58,225 nt of DNA from a virus (Duplodnaviria > Caudoviricetes): positions 1 through 58,225 of IMG/VR virus record IMGVR_UViG_3300018481_000025; one strand, 5' to 3'. Shown piece after piece: positions 8,258-16,757 of this stretch. Made by a program: the position numbers and the translations under genes. A model generated the notes under the pieces. It did not search any database, was not told where the DNA came from, and saw nothing but the letters and a program-made list of their open reading frames with translations. Every line of letters starts with the position of its first letter. Positions within the stretch are counted from its first letter, which is position 1.

Positions 8258-8273
8258 CTTATAGGCATATAAG
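8258..8273 (-). promoter_or_regulatory. Palindrome copy 9
   Basis: ccttata ggca tataagg. Confidence 0.8.
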
Positions 8274-8349
8274 GCCGCGAACCCACGGGGGAGATGGACA
8301 GACCGGCCGCCCCCATGCCCGCGCTTTTAGCATCGAAAAAATCTAGGAG

Positions 8350-8378
8350 TTGAAAAATACAAGTTTCCCTCTTAACAT
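8350..8378 (+). promoter_or_regulatory. Sigma70-like promoter giving a probable leaderless HNH transcript
   Basis: TTGAAA-17 bp-TAACAT, with ATG 6 nt after the -10. Confidence 0.5.
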
Positions 8379-8384
8379 GGCTTC

Positions 8385-8867
8385 ATGGAAACTTGGAAAC
8401 CTATCAGAGGCTACCCCTATTCAGTGAGCGATCAAGGGAGGGTCCGAAATGACCGAACTGGTAGGATTTTAAAACCCAGTCCAAACACGGGTGGTTATCC
8501 TCACGTCATTCTTCACAACAAGGGCGACTATTGGGGGGCCCCAATTCACACACTGGTTCTGAAAACGTTTGTGGGTCCTCGGCCTCCGGGCAAAGAGTGC
8601 CGCCACCTCGATAGACAAAAGAGGAACAATCGACTAAACAACCTCTGTTGGGGGACGCGCCATGAGAACCGCATGGATCAGCGTCGCCACGGCACGGACA
8701 TGGCAGGTGAAAGAAACGGTCGGTCTGTGCTTACGGAGCAACAGGCTCGGAAGATCAAGCAGCTCATTCCGGTCTATGGGGTACGGCCCCTAGCGCGTCT
8801 TCTCGGATTGCCACGACATCTGGTGCACAACATTCACATTGGAATTTCTTGGAAACATCTTACTTAA
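8385..8867 (+). CDS. NUMOD4-HNH homing endonuclease
   Basis: ETWKPIRGYPYSVSDQGRVRN (NUMOD4); CRHLD..NNRLNNLCWGTRHEN (HNH); C-terminal HTH. Confidence 0.92.
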   Translation: METWKPIRGYPYSVSDQGRVRNDRTGRILKPSPNTGGYPHVILHNKGDYWGAPIHTLVLKTFVGPRPPGKECRHLDRQKRNNRLNNLCWGTRHENRMDQRRHGTDMAGERNGRSVLTEQQARKIKQLIPVYGVRPLARLLGLPRHLVHNIHIGISWKHLT

Positions 8868-8873
8868 CGTTTA

Positions 8874-8889
8874 CGTTTCATGTGAAACA
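8874..8889. promoter_or_regulatory. parS-like site
   Basis: CGTTTCATGTGAAACA versus consensus TGTTTCACGTGAAACA (14/16), intergenic. Confidence 0.55.
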
Positions 8890-8913
8890 GTGGAGGCTTA
8901 GATCGCGTACGAT

Positions 8914-9384
8914 GTGCCCTTGCGCAGTGACCCTGCGCCTCTCCCTCTGAAACCCTCGGTCCTGCTCTTGGTCAACAAACGCCGCCGAGCGGTGTACGTG
9001 TCCTACACGACGAACGCTCGTGGTCGGGCGGCGGTGCTGGCTTCGATGATCCGTCACCGCGCCAAGACCAAGCGTAACCACCTGCGCGACATGCCGGACG
9101 GAACCATCGGCGAATTCGCCCTGCTGGCGGTCGATGTCGACCTCGCGCCGAGGAAAGCGGCTGACCGCATCGAAAAGTACCAGAAGAAGTTTTTGCGCGA
9201 CGGCTACCGTCTGTTCGGCGGGCCGCGTTCAGCGGTTCCCCTCGTTGCGCTCAACGGCCGTCGCATGACCTTGGTCGAGGCGATTGCCGAGAGCAAAACC
9301 AAGACCGCCTATCAGACGGTCTACCGTCGCATCCAGCGTGGCTGGCCAATCAAGCAGGCTCTCGACATGGAGGAGAGGGGATGA
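8914..9384 (+). CDS. Degenerate GIY-YIG-like protein with C-terminal DNA-binding module
   Basis: SVLLLVN..VYVSYTTNARGR; LNGRRMTLVEA..YQTVYRRIQRGWPIKQAL. Confidence 0.55.
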   Translation: MPLRSDPAPLPLKPSVLLLVNKRRRAVYVSYTTNARGRAAVLASMIRHRAKTKRNHLRDMPDGTIGEFALLAVDVDLAPRKAADRIEKYQKKFLRDGYRLFGGPRSAVPLVALNGRRMTLVEAIAESKTKTAYQTVYRRIQRGWPIKQALDMEERG

Positions 9385-9581
9385 ACCGAGGTGGCAACAG
9401 CGACCTGCACGACATTGCCGTTGAACTGAAGATGGAAACTGGCAAGGCATGGTTGGTTTCCGACGGCATGCATGAAGCATGGCTGCCGAAGTCTCAATGT
9501 GAACTGGAAAAAGTGCGCGATAAGCATCTCTGGATGCTGACTGCGCCGGAATGGCTGCTGCACGACAAGGGGTTAATCTGA
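9381..9581 (+). CDS. Small phage protein
   Basis: ETGKAWLVSDG..WLPKSQ..PEWL..KGLI. Confidence 0.75.
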   Translation: MNRGGNSDLHDIAVELKMETGKAWLVSDGMHEAWLPKSQCELEKVRDKHLWMLTAPEWLLHDKGLI

Positions 9582-9781
9582 TGACCGAACCACTGCTCCA
9601 ATTTTTCGCCTACGCTCACCTGCCCGACCATCTGCAGCAGGTGTCGATACCGTTTTCCGATCTGGCGTCGATCATCGTCAGCACCCTGCCGCGCAACCCC
9701 GAGCGAACCACGGCCTTGCGCAAGCTGCTCGAAGCCAAGGACTGCGCCGTGCGCGCCGTACTGTGGAAGGACCCGTCATGA
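9581..9781 (+). CDS. Small helical-hairpin protein, possibly Acb2/Tad1-like
   Basis: LQFFAYAHLPDHLQ..PERTTALRKLLEAKDCAVRA; TGATG coupling. Confidence 0.65.
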   Translation: MTEPLLQFFAYAHLPDHLQQVSIPFSDLASIIVSTLPRNPERTTALRKLLEAKDCAVRAVLWKDPS

Positions 9782-9928
9782 CCGAGAAAGAACTGGTTGT
9801 CGTCAGCAACATGCTGGGGCTGATGCGCCATATGCGCGATCACTTCGGCTACGACTACCCGCGCTGGCAGCTGCTCGACAGCGTGATCGAGGACGCCGAG
9901 CTGACCTTCCCCAAGGAATGGACCATCC

Positions 9929-10231
9929 ATGATGCGCAAACACCTGACCATACCTGAATGCCGGGGCATGCTCTTGGTCATTGCCCGTGAGCTTTGGCGG
10001 CAAACCCTCGACGATCAGGCAGCGGCCCGGCGCATCCGTGCCATCATCACTCACATGCATCGGCGCAAGGCGCACAAAGGGCGGCGCACCGCACCGCCGA
10101 CCTACACCGTCAAACAGAAAATCCTCAATTACAAGAAAACCAACCCCCACCTCAGCAATCAGGAAATAGCCATTGCGCTCAAGGTGTCTTCCGGGCGGGT
10201 GTCGGAAGTGCTACATGGCAAGAGGCGGTAG
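9929..10231 (+). CDS. HTH DNA-binding protein
   Basis: NPHLSNQEIAIALKVSSGRVSEVLHG. Confidence 0.75.
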   Translation: MMRKHLTIPECRGMLLVIARELWRQTLDDQAAARRIRAIITHMHRRKAHKGRRTAPPTYTVKQKILNYKKTNPHLSNQEIAIALKVSSGRVSEVLHGKRR

Positions 10232-10268
10232 GTTCTCTCTGCCGTCATCCCCTCTACAGGAGAACGCC

Positions 10269-10955
10269 ATGTCTGATCCGACTGCCAGCCAGCTGCCCGC
10301 AGCGCCTGCCGAGCCAGCGCCGCCGTCGTTCGTCGCTCCGTCCGGTGGTGCCGGTCAGGGTCTCGATGCCGAGCAACAGGCGGGCCGACAGGCCGCCGAG
10401 GCCAACGCCAAAAATCAGGAAGAGGCGCGTGATCGGCGTTCGCGTGAAACCCTCAATGCACGCGATATCGCCTCACGCCGTGAAGCCGCCAGTGATGAGG
10501 ATGCCGCCAAGCGGGTCGATGCCGTGCGCGGCATGGTCAAGGATCGCCTGCCGCCACCGGGGCCCGGCCTGCCCGAGATTGATCAGGTGGCAATCATCGC
10601 CACGATGGACCCCAACAACCCGGTGCTCAACCCCGACATGAGCGAGATGGGGCGCACCCGCAATCTGCCAGCCGGTGCCCGTGTGCCCGCGCCAGTCCTC
10701 CCTCAGGACACCGTGCAGACCCAGTTTGCATCGAAGCCGCCGACCGAGGAGCATGCCAAGGAAGGCGCGGAGGTGGCTAAGGGACTGGACGTCTATCCAC
10801 CGCCCGGCAGCCAGCCGACGGTTGAGCTGACGCCCGAGGAGGAGAAGCAGCAGGGTCGCCTTGGCGGTCCGCAGCCCACCCAGTATCCGGCCGATCCGCT
10901 GGCAGCGCCGCAGCAGCCCTACGATCCGCGCTATCCGCAGGGAGGCCCGCGCTAA
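10269..10955 (+). CDS. Pro/Gln/Ala-rich hypothetical protein
   Basis: AGGAG RBS, low-complexity ORF. Confidence 0.7.
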   Translation: MSDPTASQLPAAPAEPAPPSFVAPSGGAGQGLDAEQQAGRQAAEANAKNQEEARDRRSRETLNARDIASRREAASDEDAAKRVDAVRGMVKDRLPPPGPGLPEIDQVAIIATMDPNNPVLNPDMSEMGRTRNLPAGARVPAPVLPQDTVQTQFASKPPTEEHAKEGAEVAKGLDVYPPPGSQPTVELTPEEEKQQGRLGGPQPTQYPADPLAAPQQPYDPRYPQGGPR

Positions 10956-11326
10956 TGGCCGATACCGAGCAACAGCAGGCGCAGGAGCTTTACGACAAGC
11001 TCAAGCCCGAGGCGCAGGCGGTCTACATCGACCACATCGTGTCGCGCACGCCGCCCCAGCTGCAGGACGAGATGAAGGCGATCGCGCAGGATGATCTGGG
11101 CGGTGCCGAGCCTGATCCGACGGTCGCTATGGTGACGAATGGTGCCAGCGTCGTCGTCAATGACAGCCTCGGTGCTGCCGCACCGGGATCGCCCGGCACG
11201 GCGGCCGTCGCCGCCGGATCGCTTACTGCTGTCACGTTGGGCCCGGTTGCCCTGCGGCAAGGCCAGAGCCAAGGCCCCGCTTCGCCAGCGGGCGTGCGCA
11301 CTGGCACGATCAACCCGAAACGCTAA
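10955..11326 (+). CDS. Hypothetical protein
   Basis: TAATG coupling, GGAGG RBS. Confidence 0.7.
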   Translation: MADTEQQQAQELYDKLKPEAQAVYIDHIVSRTPPQLQDEMKAIAQDDLGGAEPDPTVAMVTNGASVVVNDSLGAAAPGSPGTAAVAAGSLTAVTLGPVALRQGQSQGPASPAGVRTGTINPKR

Positions 11327-11373
11327 ACACGAGGCTGCGGCCTTCCCATCCGCTTACCCCCCTCGTGCCTGCT

Positions 11374-11399
11374 CCACCCGGTTGCCCACAACCGGGTGG
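11374..11399. terminator. Hairpin between convergent genes
   Basis: ccacccggttg-ccca-caaccgggtgg. Confidence 0.5.
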
Positions 11400-11408
11400 G
11401 GCTCCCAT

Positions 11409-12863
11409 CTAAGTCCATCCACCTGCACTGGGAGCCGGTCGACGATGGGTCTGCGTCGCCATCTCACGCTGCCGCGTCACCCGGCGAGCGATCGTTGTAG
11501 CCGTGTTGCCGCTCGCCCCCTGACACAAATACTGGTGCGCGTCGGCTATATGGGACCAGCGGTTCTTGTCGGGGATCGGCTGGCTTTCCCCGATCGTGTT
11601 GTACAGGAACCGGTAGCCGCCGTTGAGCGCGCCGACCAAAGTCGGGCACTTCGACCGGTTGATCAGCATGGCGGCGGTGCCGCCCCGGCTCTCGGTCAGG
11701 AACCGTTCGACCGCATTGAGACGGGGCTGCAGACGGTTGCTCGGTGCGGGAATGGCCATGAAGCCAAACGAGCGGATAACGTCATACGAGGTAAGTTCGT
11801 CGTGGTTCGACTTCGACATTCCTGACGGGTCGAAAATGATGCAGGCCGGGCAGCCGACGTAGGACCGGCCGCCTAAAACCTGTCGGAGACGGGGGAGCTG
11901 AAGTTTGAGCCCAATGTCGTCGGCGGGAACCTCCTCGTGCACCAGTAGGCGAGACATGCTGTCAATCTGGCCGAGTAGCGCCCACGGGTCACGACCAAGG
12001 TCGAGGCCGATGAGAATAGGGGCACCGGGGATGACAAGGAGTTCGTCACGGCAATGAAACCCTATAAAAAACATCCCACTGTACACCGCCGCGCCGCTGG
12101 GATCAGGACCGAATTCTGCCATTACATAACGCTTGACCCACGCCGGGTTCGTACTCGTACTAAGCCGCAGATAGTATTCTCGCCCCTTCGCCAAGCGATC
12201 TGGATGATCAATCGGAAGTTTCAGGGTGTCCGGGGTCTGCAGCAGCCAGTTAAGATTTTCAGCCTCGTCGGAGAGCCCTGACGGCTGGACAAACACTTGC
12301 CACTCCGGTGGCGGCGTGCGCACCGCCACCTCCCACGGTGTGCCCTCGGTCGGCATGTTGCTGTCCAGCACCATGCCGTACCAGCTCGCCCCGCCGTCGG
12401 CCGAGGACGGGTAACGGCCACAGCGACCGGCAATCGCCACCATCAGGTCGAAGTCGATCTCGATCGCCTCTGAGACGAACGCGCCTGTCAGGTTCATCGA
12501 CAGGATGCGCTTCTGGTCCTCCGGCGTTTCCAGCGGCAGCAGGATCCATTCGGATACCACGTCGCCGAACTTGAAGTGGACGGTGCTCTCGGAAACCTTC
12601 CAGTCGCACAACGGACCAAACCACTGGATGACGTCTTTCAGCACGGTGTTTTTTAATTGGCTCAACGTCTGGCGCAGCAGGGCGAACCGGGTGCGCCGCA
12701 CGCCGTCCATGCCGGGTCGCTGCTCGCAGGCGCGGCGCACCAGCTCGAATAATACTGTTGTCGTTTTGCCGCTGCCCAAGGGGCCTAAAATCATGCGGTA
12801 GAACGCGTCGCTCATCATGAACTGCGCGCCGGTCGGCGGCGGCGTGAAGGTGATCTCGATCAT
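11409..12863 (-). CDS. terL: Terminase large subunit
   Basis: Walker A GPLGSGKT; R.T..QLK; nuclease motifs IGLDLG and DKNRWSHIADAHQY. Confidence 0.92.
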   Translation of the reverse strand: MIEITFTPPPTGAQFMMSDAFYRMILGPLGSGKTTTVLFELVRRACEQRPGMDGVRRTRFALLRQTLSQLKNTVLKDVIQWFGPLCDWKVSESTVHFKFGDVVSEWILLPLETPEDQKRILSMNLTGAFVSEAIEIDFDLMVAIAGRCGRYPSSADGGASWYGMVLDSNMPTEGTPWEVAVRTPPPEWQVFVQPSGLSDEAENLNWLLQTPDTLKLPIDHPDRLAKGREYYLRLSTSTNPAWVKRYVMAEFGPDPSGAAVYSGMFFIGFHCRDELLVIPGAPILIGLDLGRDPWALLGQIDSMSRLLVHEEVPADDIGLKLQLPRLRQVLGGRSYVGCPACIIFDPSGMSKSNHDELTSYDVIRSFGFMAIPAPSNRLQPRLNAVERFLTESRGGTAAMLINRSKCPTLVGALNGGYRFLYNTIGESQPIPDKNRWSHIADAHQYLCQGASGNTATTIARRVTRQREMATQTHRRPAPSAGGWT

Positions 12864-13348
12864 GGCTGCTCACTGACGTCGAGCGCCTGTTGGTCGATTA
12901 CGCTGTCCTTGTCGAACTGAAGCTTCTGGCCGCCGATCAGGATGTTGATCGTCACCCGGCCCGACCCATCATCTTGTGTCATGGCGTTCTCGCCGAGCTG
13001 GCCGAGCTTGGCCAAGAACTGCAATGCCTGCACTCGTGCCGCGCCGGGAATGTCGGGGTTCTGGATGATCTGAATGGCATCGACCATCAGCTCCTCGACG
13101 GCGGCGACGGCCTTGATGGCGACCCGCTCGCGCATGTTGCTCTTGGTCGAGGCCGCCCACAGCGACGCCTCCTCGACCATGCGGGTCTGAAAAATCGGGT
13201 TGTCCTTGATGCGGTCGAACTGCTCGGCGTCGACCCCGAGCTTCTCCAAAGTGAGTTCCAGCGGGCGCAAATCACGGGCGATTTCTCGCGCCAAACGGGA
13301 AATATCCACTTCCGTGATCTCGCGCTGGCGGGTAATGCTCAGCGGCAT
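12860..13348 (-). CDS. Probable terminase small subunit
   Basis: Helical 162-aa protein coupled upstream of terL, with C-terminal beta segment VTINIL. Confidence 0.65.
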   Translation of the reverse strand: MPLSITRQREITEVDISRLAREIARDLRPLELTLEKLGVDAEQFDRIKDNPIFQTRMVEEASLWAASTKSNMRERVAIKAVAAVEELMVDAIQIIQNPDIPGAARVQALQFLAKLGQLGENAMTQDDGSGRVTINILIGGQKLQFDKDSVIDQQALDVSEQP

Positions 13349-13400
13349 TTCAGCCCTCCTTGTGGGGTTTCTTCGGGAAAGCTACTATCCTTTGTGAAAA

Positions 13401-15647
13401 ATGGCACGAGGTGCCAGTCGCGTTGACGACAACGCGATAGGGAAACCATCCATGCCGCCACCGTTCGAGCCCGCGCCCGAGCCGCCGACCGTGCCCATGC
13501 AGGGCCGGTTTCCAGCGTCACTACGGGTCGTCACTAATGACGGCATCGACGCAATGGAGGCCCAAGCAGCGGCCGATCAGATCGCCAACGAACAGGCAGC
13601 CAGTACCCCGTACACCGGTCTCATCGGCTACATCCGCAACGAATGGGACATGATGCGCCGACACCGTGACACGGTGGTCGGCTGGACCGAGCGACTGCTC
13701 GGCGCGCTCAGAACTTTCAACGGCGTCTACGATCCCCAGAAGCTAATGGAGATCAAGAGGTTCGGCGGGTCTGAGGTGTACGCCCGGCTTGTCGCAGCCA
13801 AATGCCGGGGCGCGTCGTCGTTACTCCGCGACGTCTATCTCGGGGCTGACCGGGCTTGGGGTCTGGAACCGGAGGCGGATCCTCCGGTTCCGCCTGAAAT
13901 CGAGCAGTCGATCCAGCAGCTGATGCAGAGCGAACTCGCGGAGGCGCAGTCGATCGGCATGCAGATCGGCCCGCAGCAAATCAGAGAACGCATGTGGGCG
14001 CTGATGGCCAAGGCGCGCACAGCGGCCAAAAAGACCAGCGAGGACAAGACCAGCCTCGCTGAGGACAAGCTCGACGAGTTGTTGACCGAGGGGAACTTTT
14101 ACGGGGCGCTGTCAGACATTCTGGTCGACGTCCCGCTTTTCCCGTACGCCGTGCTTAAAGGTCCATCGGTCCGCATGGTGTTCGAAGTCGACTGGTCGAC
14201 CGGGCGTCCCGCCATGCGACGCAAACCGAAGCTGTGGTGGGAACGGATCTCGCCATTCGATATCTACTGGACCCCCGGCGCGGCTGATATTGAAGACGCT
14301 GCCATCATAGAGCGGACACGGCTCACGCGAAACGATCTCAACGATCTTCTCGACGTCGAAGGCTACGATCACGCAGCCATCAGGACCGTGCTCGACCAGT
14401 ATGGTCGCGGTGGTATCTCCAGCGAATGGGACATGGCCGAGAGCCCGCGCGCAACGCTTGAGAGCCGCGAGGATCCTTGGTTTAACCAGAGCCATATGAT
14501 CTCCTGCCTCCAGTACACTGGAAATGTTCAGGGACGCACACTGCTCGATCACGGCTTTACCGCCAACGACATTCCCGACCCACTACGCGATTACGCCATC
14601 GAGGCGTGGCTGATCGGCCAGTACCTCATCAAGGTGCAGCTCAGCGTCAGTCCGCGCCGCCGTCACAAGTACTACATGACGAGCTGGGAGAAGGTGCCGG
14701 GCACTCCGCTCGGAAACGCAATTCCTGATCAGATCTCCGATCTGCAGGAGGTTTGCAATGCCACTCTTCGATCCTTGGTCAACAACGTCTCGATCGCGTC
14801 GGGACCGCAGGTCGTGGTCAACGATGATCGTCTGGCTGGCCTTGAGACGGGAGAAGACCTCTATCCGTGGAAGCGCTGGCACGTCACCAATCCGCTGCTC
14901 ACCAGCTCTTCGGAAAAGCCTGTCGAATTTTTCAACCCGCAATCGAACGCCAACGAATTGCTGACCGTGTTCAAGGCGTTCTACGACTTGTCGGATGATG
15001 TCTCGGCCATCCCTAGATACTTGTCCGGCAACTCGCCCGGAGGCGGTGCAGGGCGGACTGCCTCCGGGCTTGCCATGCTGATGGGCAACGCCAGCAAGAT
15101 CCTGCAAACCGTATGTCATAACATTGACCGCGACATGATGAGCCCGGCGCTCACCAACCTGATGGATCTGGTGCTGCTCACCGACCAGACAGGGATGCTG
15201 CAGGGCACCGAGAGCGTGACCCCCAAGGGGGTCGCGGTGGCGATGCAGCGCGAGACCATGCGGGCGCGTCAGCTCGAATTCCTGCAGCTCACCGCCAATC
15301 CGATCGACATGGCGATCATGGGTCCCAAAGGACGGGCAGCGGTGCTGCGCAACGTCAGCAACACGATCGGCATGCCGGGCGAGGAGATCGTGCCGTCGGC
15401 CGAGGAGATCCAGCAGCAACAGCAGCAGGCAATGCTCAACGCCGAGGCTCAGGGCAAGGCTGGAGCGGCACAAGATCCGCCGGAGGCCGAGGAGAAGGGT
15501 GGCGGCCAGAGGCCACCGGGCGGGCCGCCTAAGCCCGCTGGTGGGCCCGGTGGCGGCAACCCGCAGCAGCAGCCTGCGCCGGGCGGCGAGAGCACCAAGG
15601 CGCAGGCACCGCGTCAATCGCTGTTCCTGCAACGTCCCCGAGGTTGA
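13401..15647 (+). CDS. Portal protein
   Basis: 748 aa; ERISPFDIYWTP, CNATLRSLVNN..ASGPQV, G.RTASGLAMLM motifs; upstream of scaffold and capsid. Confidence 0.88.
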   Translation: MARGASRVDDNAIGKPSMPPPFEPAPEPPTVPMQGRFPASLRVVTNDGIDAMEAQAAADQIANEQAASTPYTGLIGYIRNEWDMMRRHRDTVVGWTERLLGALRTFNGVYDPQKLMEIKRFGGSEVYARLVAAKCRGASSLLRDVYLGADRAWGLEPEADPPVPPEIEQSIQQLMQSELAEAQSIGMQIGPQQIRERMWALMAKARTAAKKTSEDKTSLAEDKLDELLTEGNFYGALSDILVDVPLFPYAVLKGPSVRMVFEVDWSTGRPAMRRKPKLWWERISPFDIYWTPGAADIEDAAIIERTRLTRNDLNDLLDVEGYDHAAIRTVLDQYGRGGISSEWDMAESPRATLESREDPWFNQSHMISCLQYTGNVQGRTLLDHGFTANDIPDPLRDYAIEAWLIGQYLIKVQLSVSPRRRHKYYMTSWEKVPGTPLGNAIPDQISDLQEVCNATLRSLVNNVSIASGPQVVVNDDRLAGLETGEDLYPWKRWHVTNPLLTSSSEKPVEFFNPQSNANELLTVFKAFYDLSDDVSAIPRYLSGNSPGGGAGRTASGLAMLMGNASKILQTVCHNIDRDMMSPALTNLMDLVLLTDQTGMLQGTESVTPKGVAVAMQRETMRARQLEFLQLTANPIDMAIMGPKGRAAVLRNVSNTIGMPGEEIVPSAEEIQQQQQQAMLNAEAQGKAGAAQDPPEAEEKGGGQRPPGGPPKPAGGPGGGNPQQQPAPGGESTKAQAPRQSLFLQRPRG

Positions 15648-15691
15648 TTTTTTATTAGCTTTATCTTGGTCTGAAACAGAAGGAGAACATC

Positions 15692-16015
15692 ATGGCGACA
15701 GGCAATCGGGCCCCGTTCCTGAGCGGCGGCACTCATTCGATGGCTCCGGCGCGCGGCGTCGGCGCACAGAAGCCCGGCGTAGCATCACAGGAAGGGTCGA
15801 GCGCCATCAGCTCCAGTCAGGAGCCACAGGCCGGACCGTCCAGCGCCGGGTTCTATTCCAGCGGCACGACCAACAAGGACCATGCCGGTACCCAGACACC
15901 GGGCATCTCAGGGTCCAAGAAGTCGAGCAACACCAAGTGGGCCGAGGGCGGCAAGCACGCGATGTTCAGCAATCGCGGTTCCAGCCCGTGCAAGCCCGGC
16001 CAAAGCGGGTGCTGA
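15692..16015 (+). CDS. Small Gly/Ser-rich virion-associated protein
   Basis: AAGGAG RBS; FLSGG and WAEGG motifs. Confidence 0.65.
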   Translation: MATGNRAPFLSGGTHSMAPARGVGAQKPGVASQEGSSAISSSQEPQAGPSSAGFYSSGTTNKDHAGTQTPGISGSKKSSNTKWAEGGKHAMFSNRGSSPCKPGQSGC

Positions 16016-16016
16016 C

Positions 16017-16265
16017 GTGGTAGGCTTCAAGAAGAAACAGCCAATGTCGGCGGCCATGCGGCCGGGCGGCTTTGGCACCGTGCCACCGGTCAAGCCGACC
16101 GGGCAGGTGAAGTCGGTTGGCAAGTTCGACCTCGGATCGCTCAAGGGGCCGAAGGATGCCATCAACCCCGGCAGCTCGACCAAGATCGGCAAAGGCGTGT
16201 CTGCACCGAAGGCTCCGTCGCCGCCCAAAGCGCCCAAGCCTCCGGGGATGCCGAGGTTCAAATGA
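16017..16265 (+). CDS. Small basic Pro/Lys-rich protein
   Basis: GTG start, coupled to neighbours. Confidence 0.55.
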   Translation: MVGFKKKQPMSAAMRPGGFGTVPPVKPTGQVKSVGKFDLGSLKGPKDAINPGSSTKIGKGVSAPKAPSPPKAPKPPGMPRFK

Positions 16266-16498
16266 AGTTCGGGTCCAAGCGCATCAACCCCGGTACCGGT
16301 CGGCTGGTGACGAACCGTGGCAAGGGCGACAAGCTGCTGCCGTCACCAGCTGCGGTTCATAAGCTGGCTCATGGCAATCCGTCTGAGCGGTCGTTCCAGA
16401 GCTATGCCAAGCACACGCCCAGCGGTCGTAATGCCCCATTCGACTACCAGACCATCATCGACATGGGGACGCTGGGGGCGGGCGTCCGTGGCAAGTAA
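16262..16498 (+). CDS. Small basic protein
   Basis: ATGA coupling. Confidence 0.6.
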   Translation: MKFGSKRINPGTGRLVTNRGKGDKLLPSPAAVHKLAHGNPSERSFQSYAKHTPSGRNAPFDYQTIIDMGTLGAGVRGK

Positions 16499-16757
16499 TC
16501 CACTGGCTGAGATCGTCATGGCGGCCAGCCAGATGAAGGCTGCTGCGCCCAACCATTTTCAGACGCTGTGTGAAGCTTTTCGTGCCTATGAAGTGCAGAC
16601 CATTCTCGAACTCGGCGCGGCTGATGGCAACGACATCTACCGTGCCCAAGGTAAATTGAAAACGGTGCAGCAGCTGCGCAAGCACCTCTATGAGTGCTAC
16701 GAGCTGCGCGACACCTACACCCGGAGAGACCAAAATGCCCGATCCAGTGCCTCCTAA
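16488..16757 (+). CDS. Small helical head-module protein
   Basis: GTG start; ..IYRAQGK.. typical of small genes between portal and scaffold. Confidence 0.65.
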   Translation: MASNPLAEIVMAASQMKAAAPNHFQTLCEAFRAYEVQTILELGAADGNDIYRAQGKLKTVQQLRKHLYECYELRDTYTRRDQNARSSAS

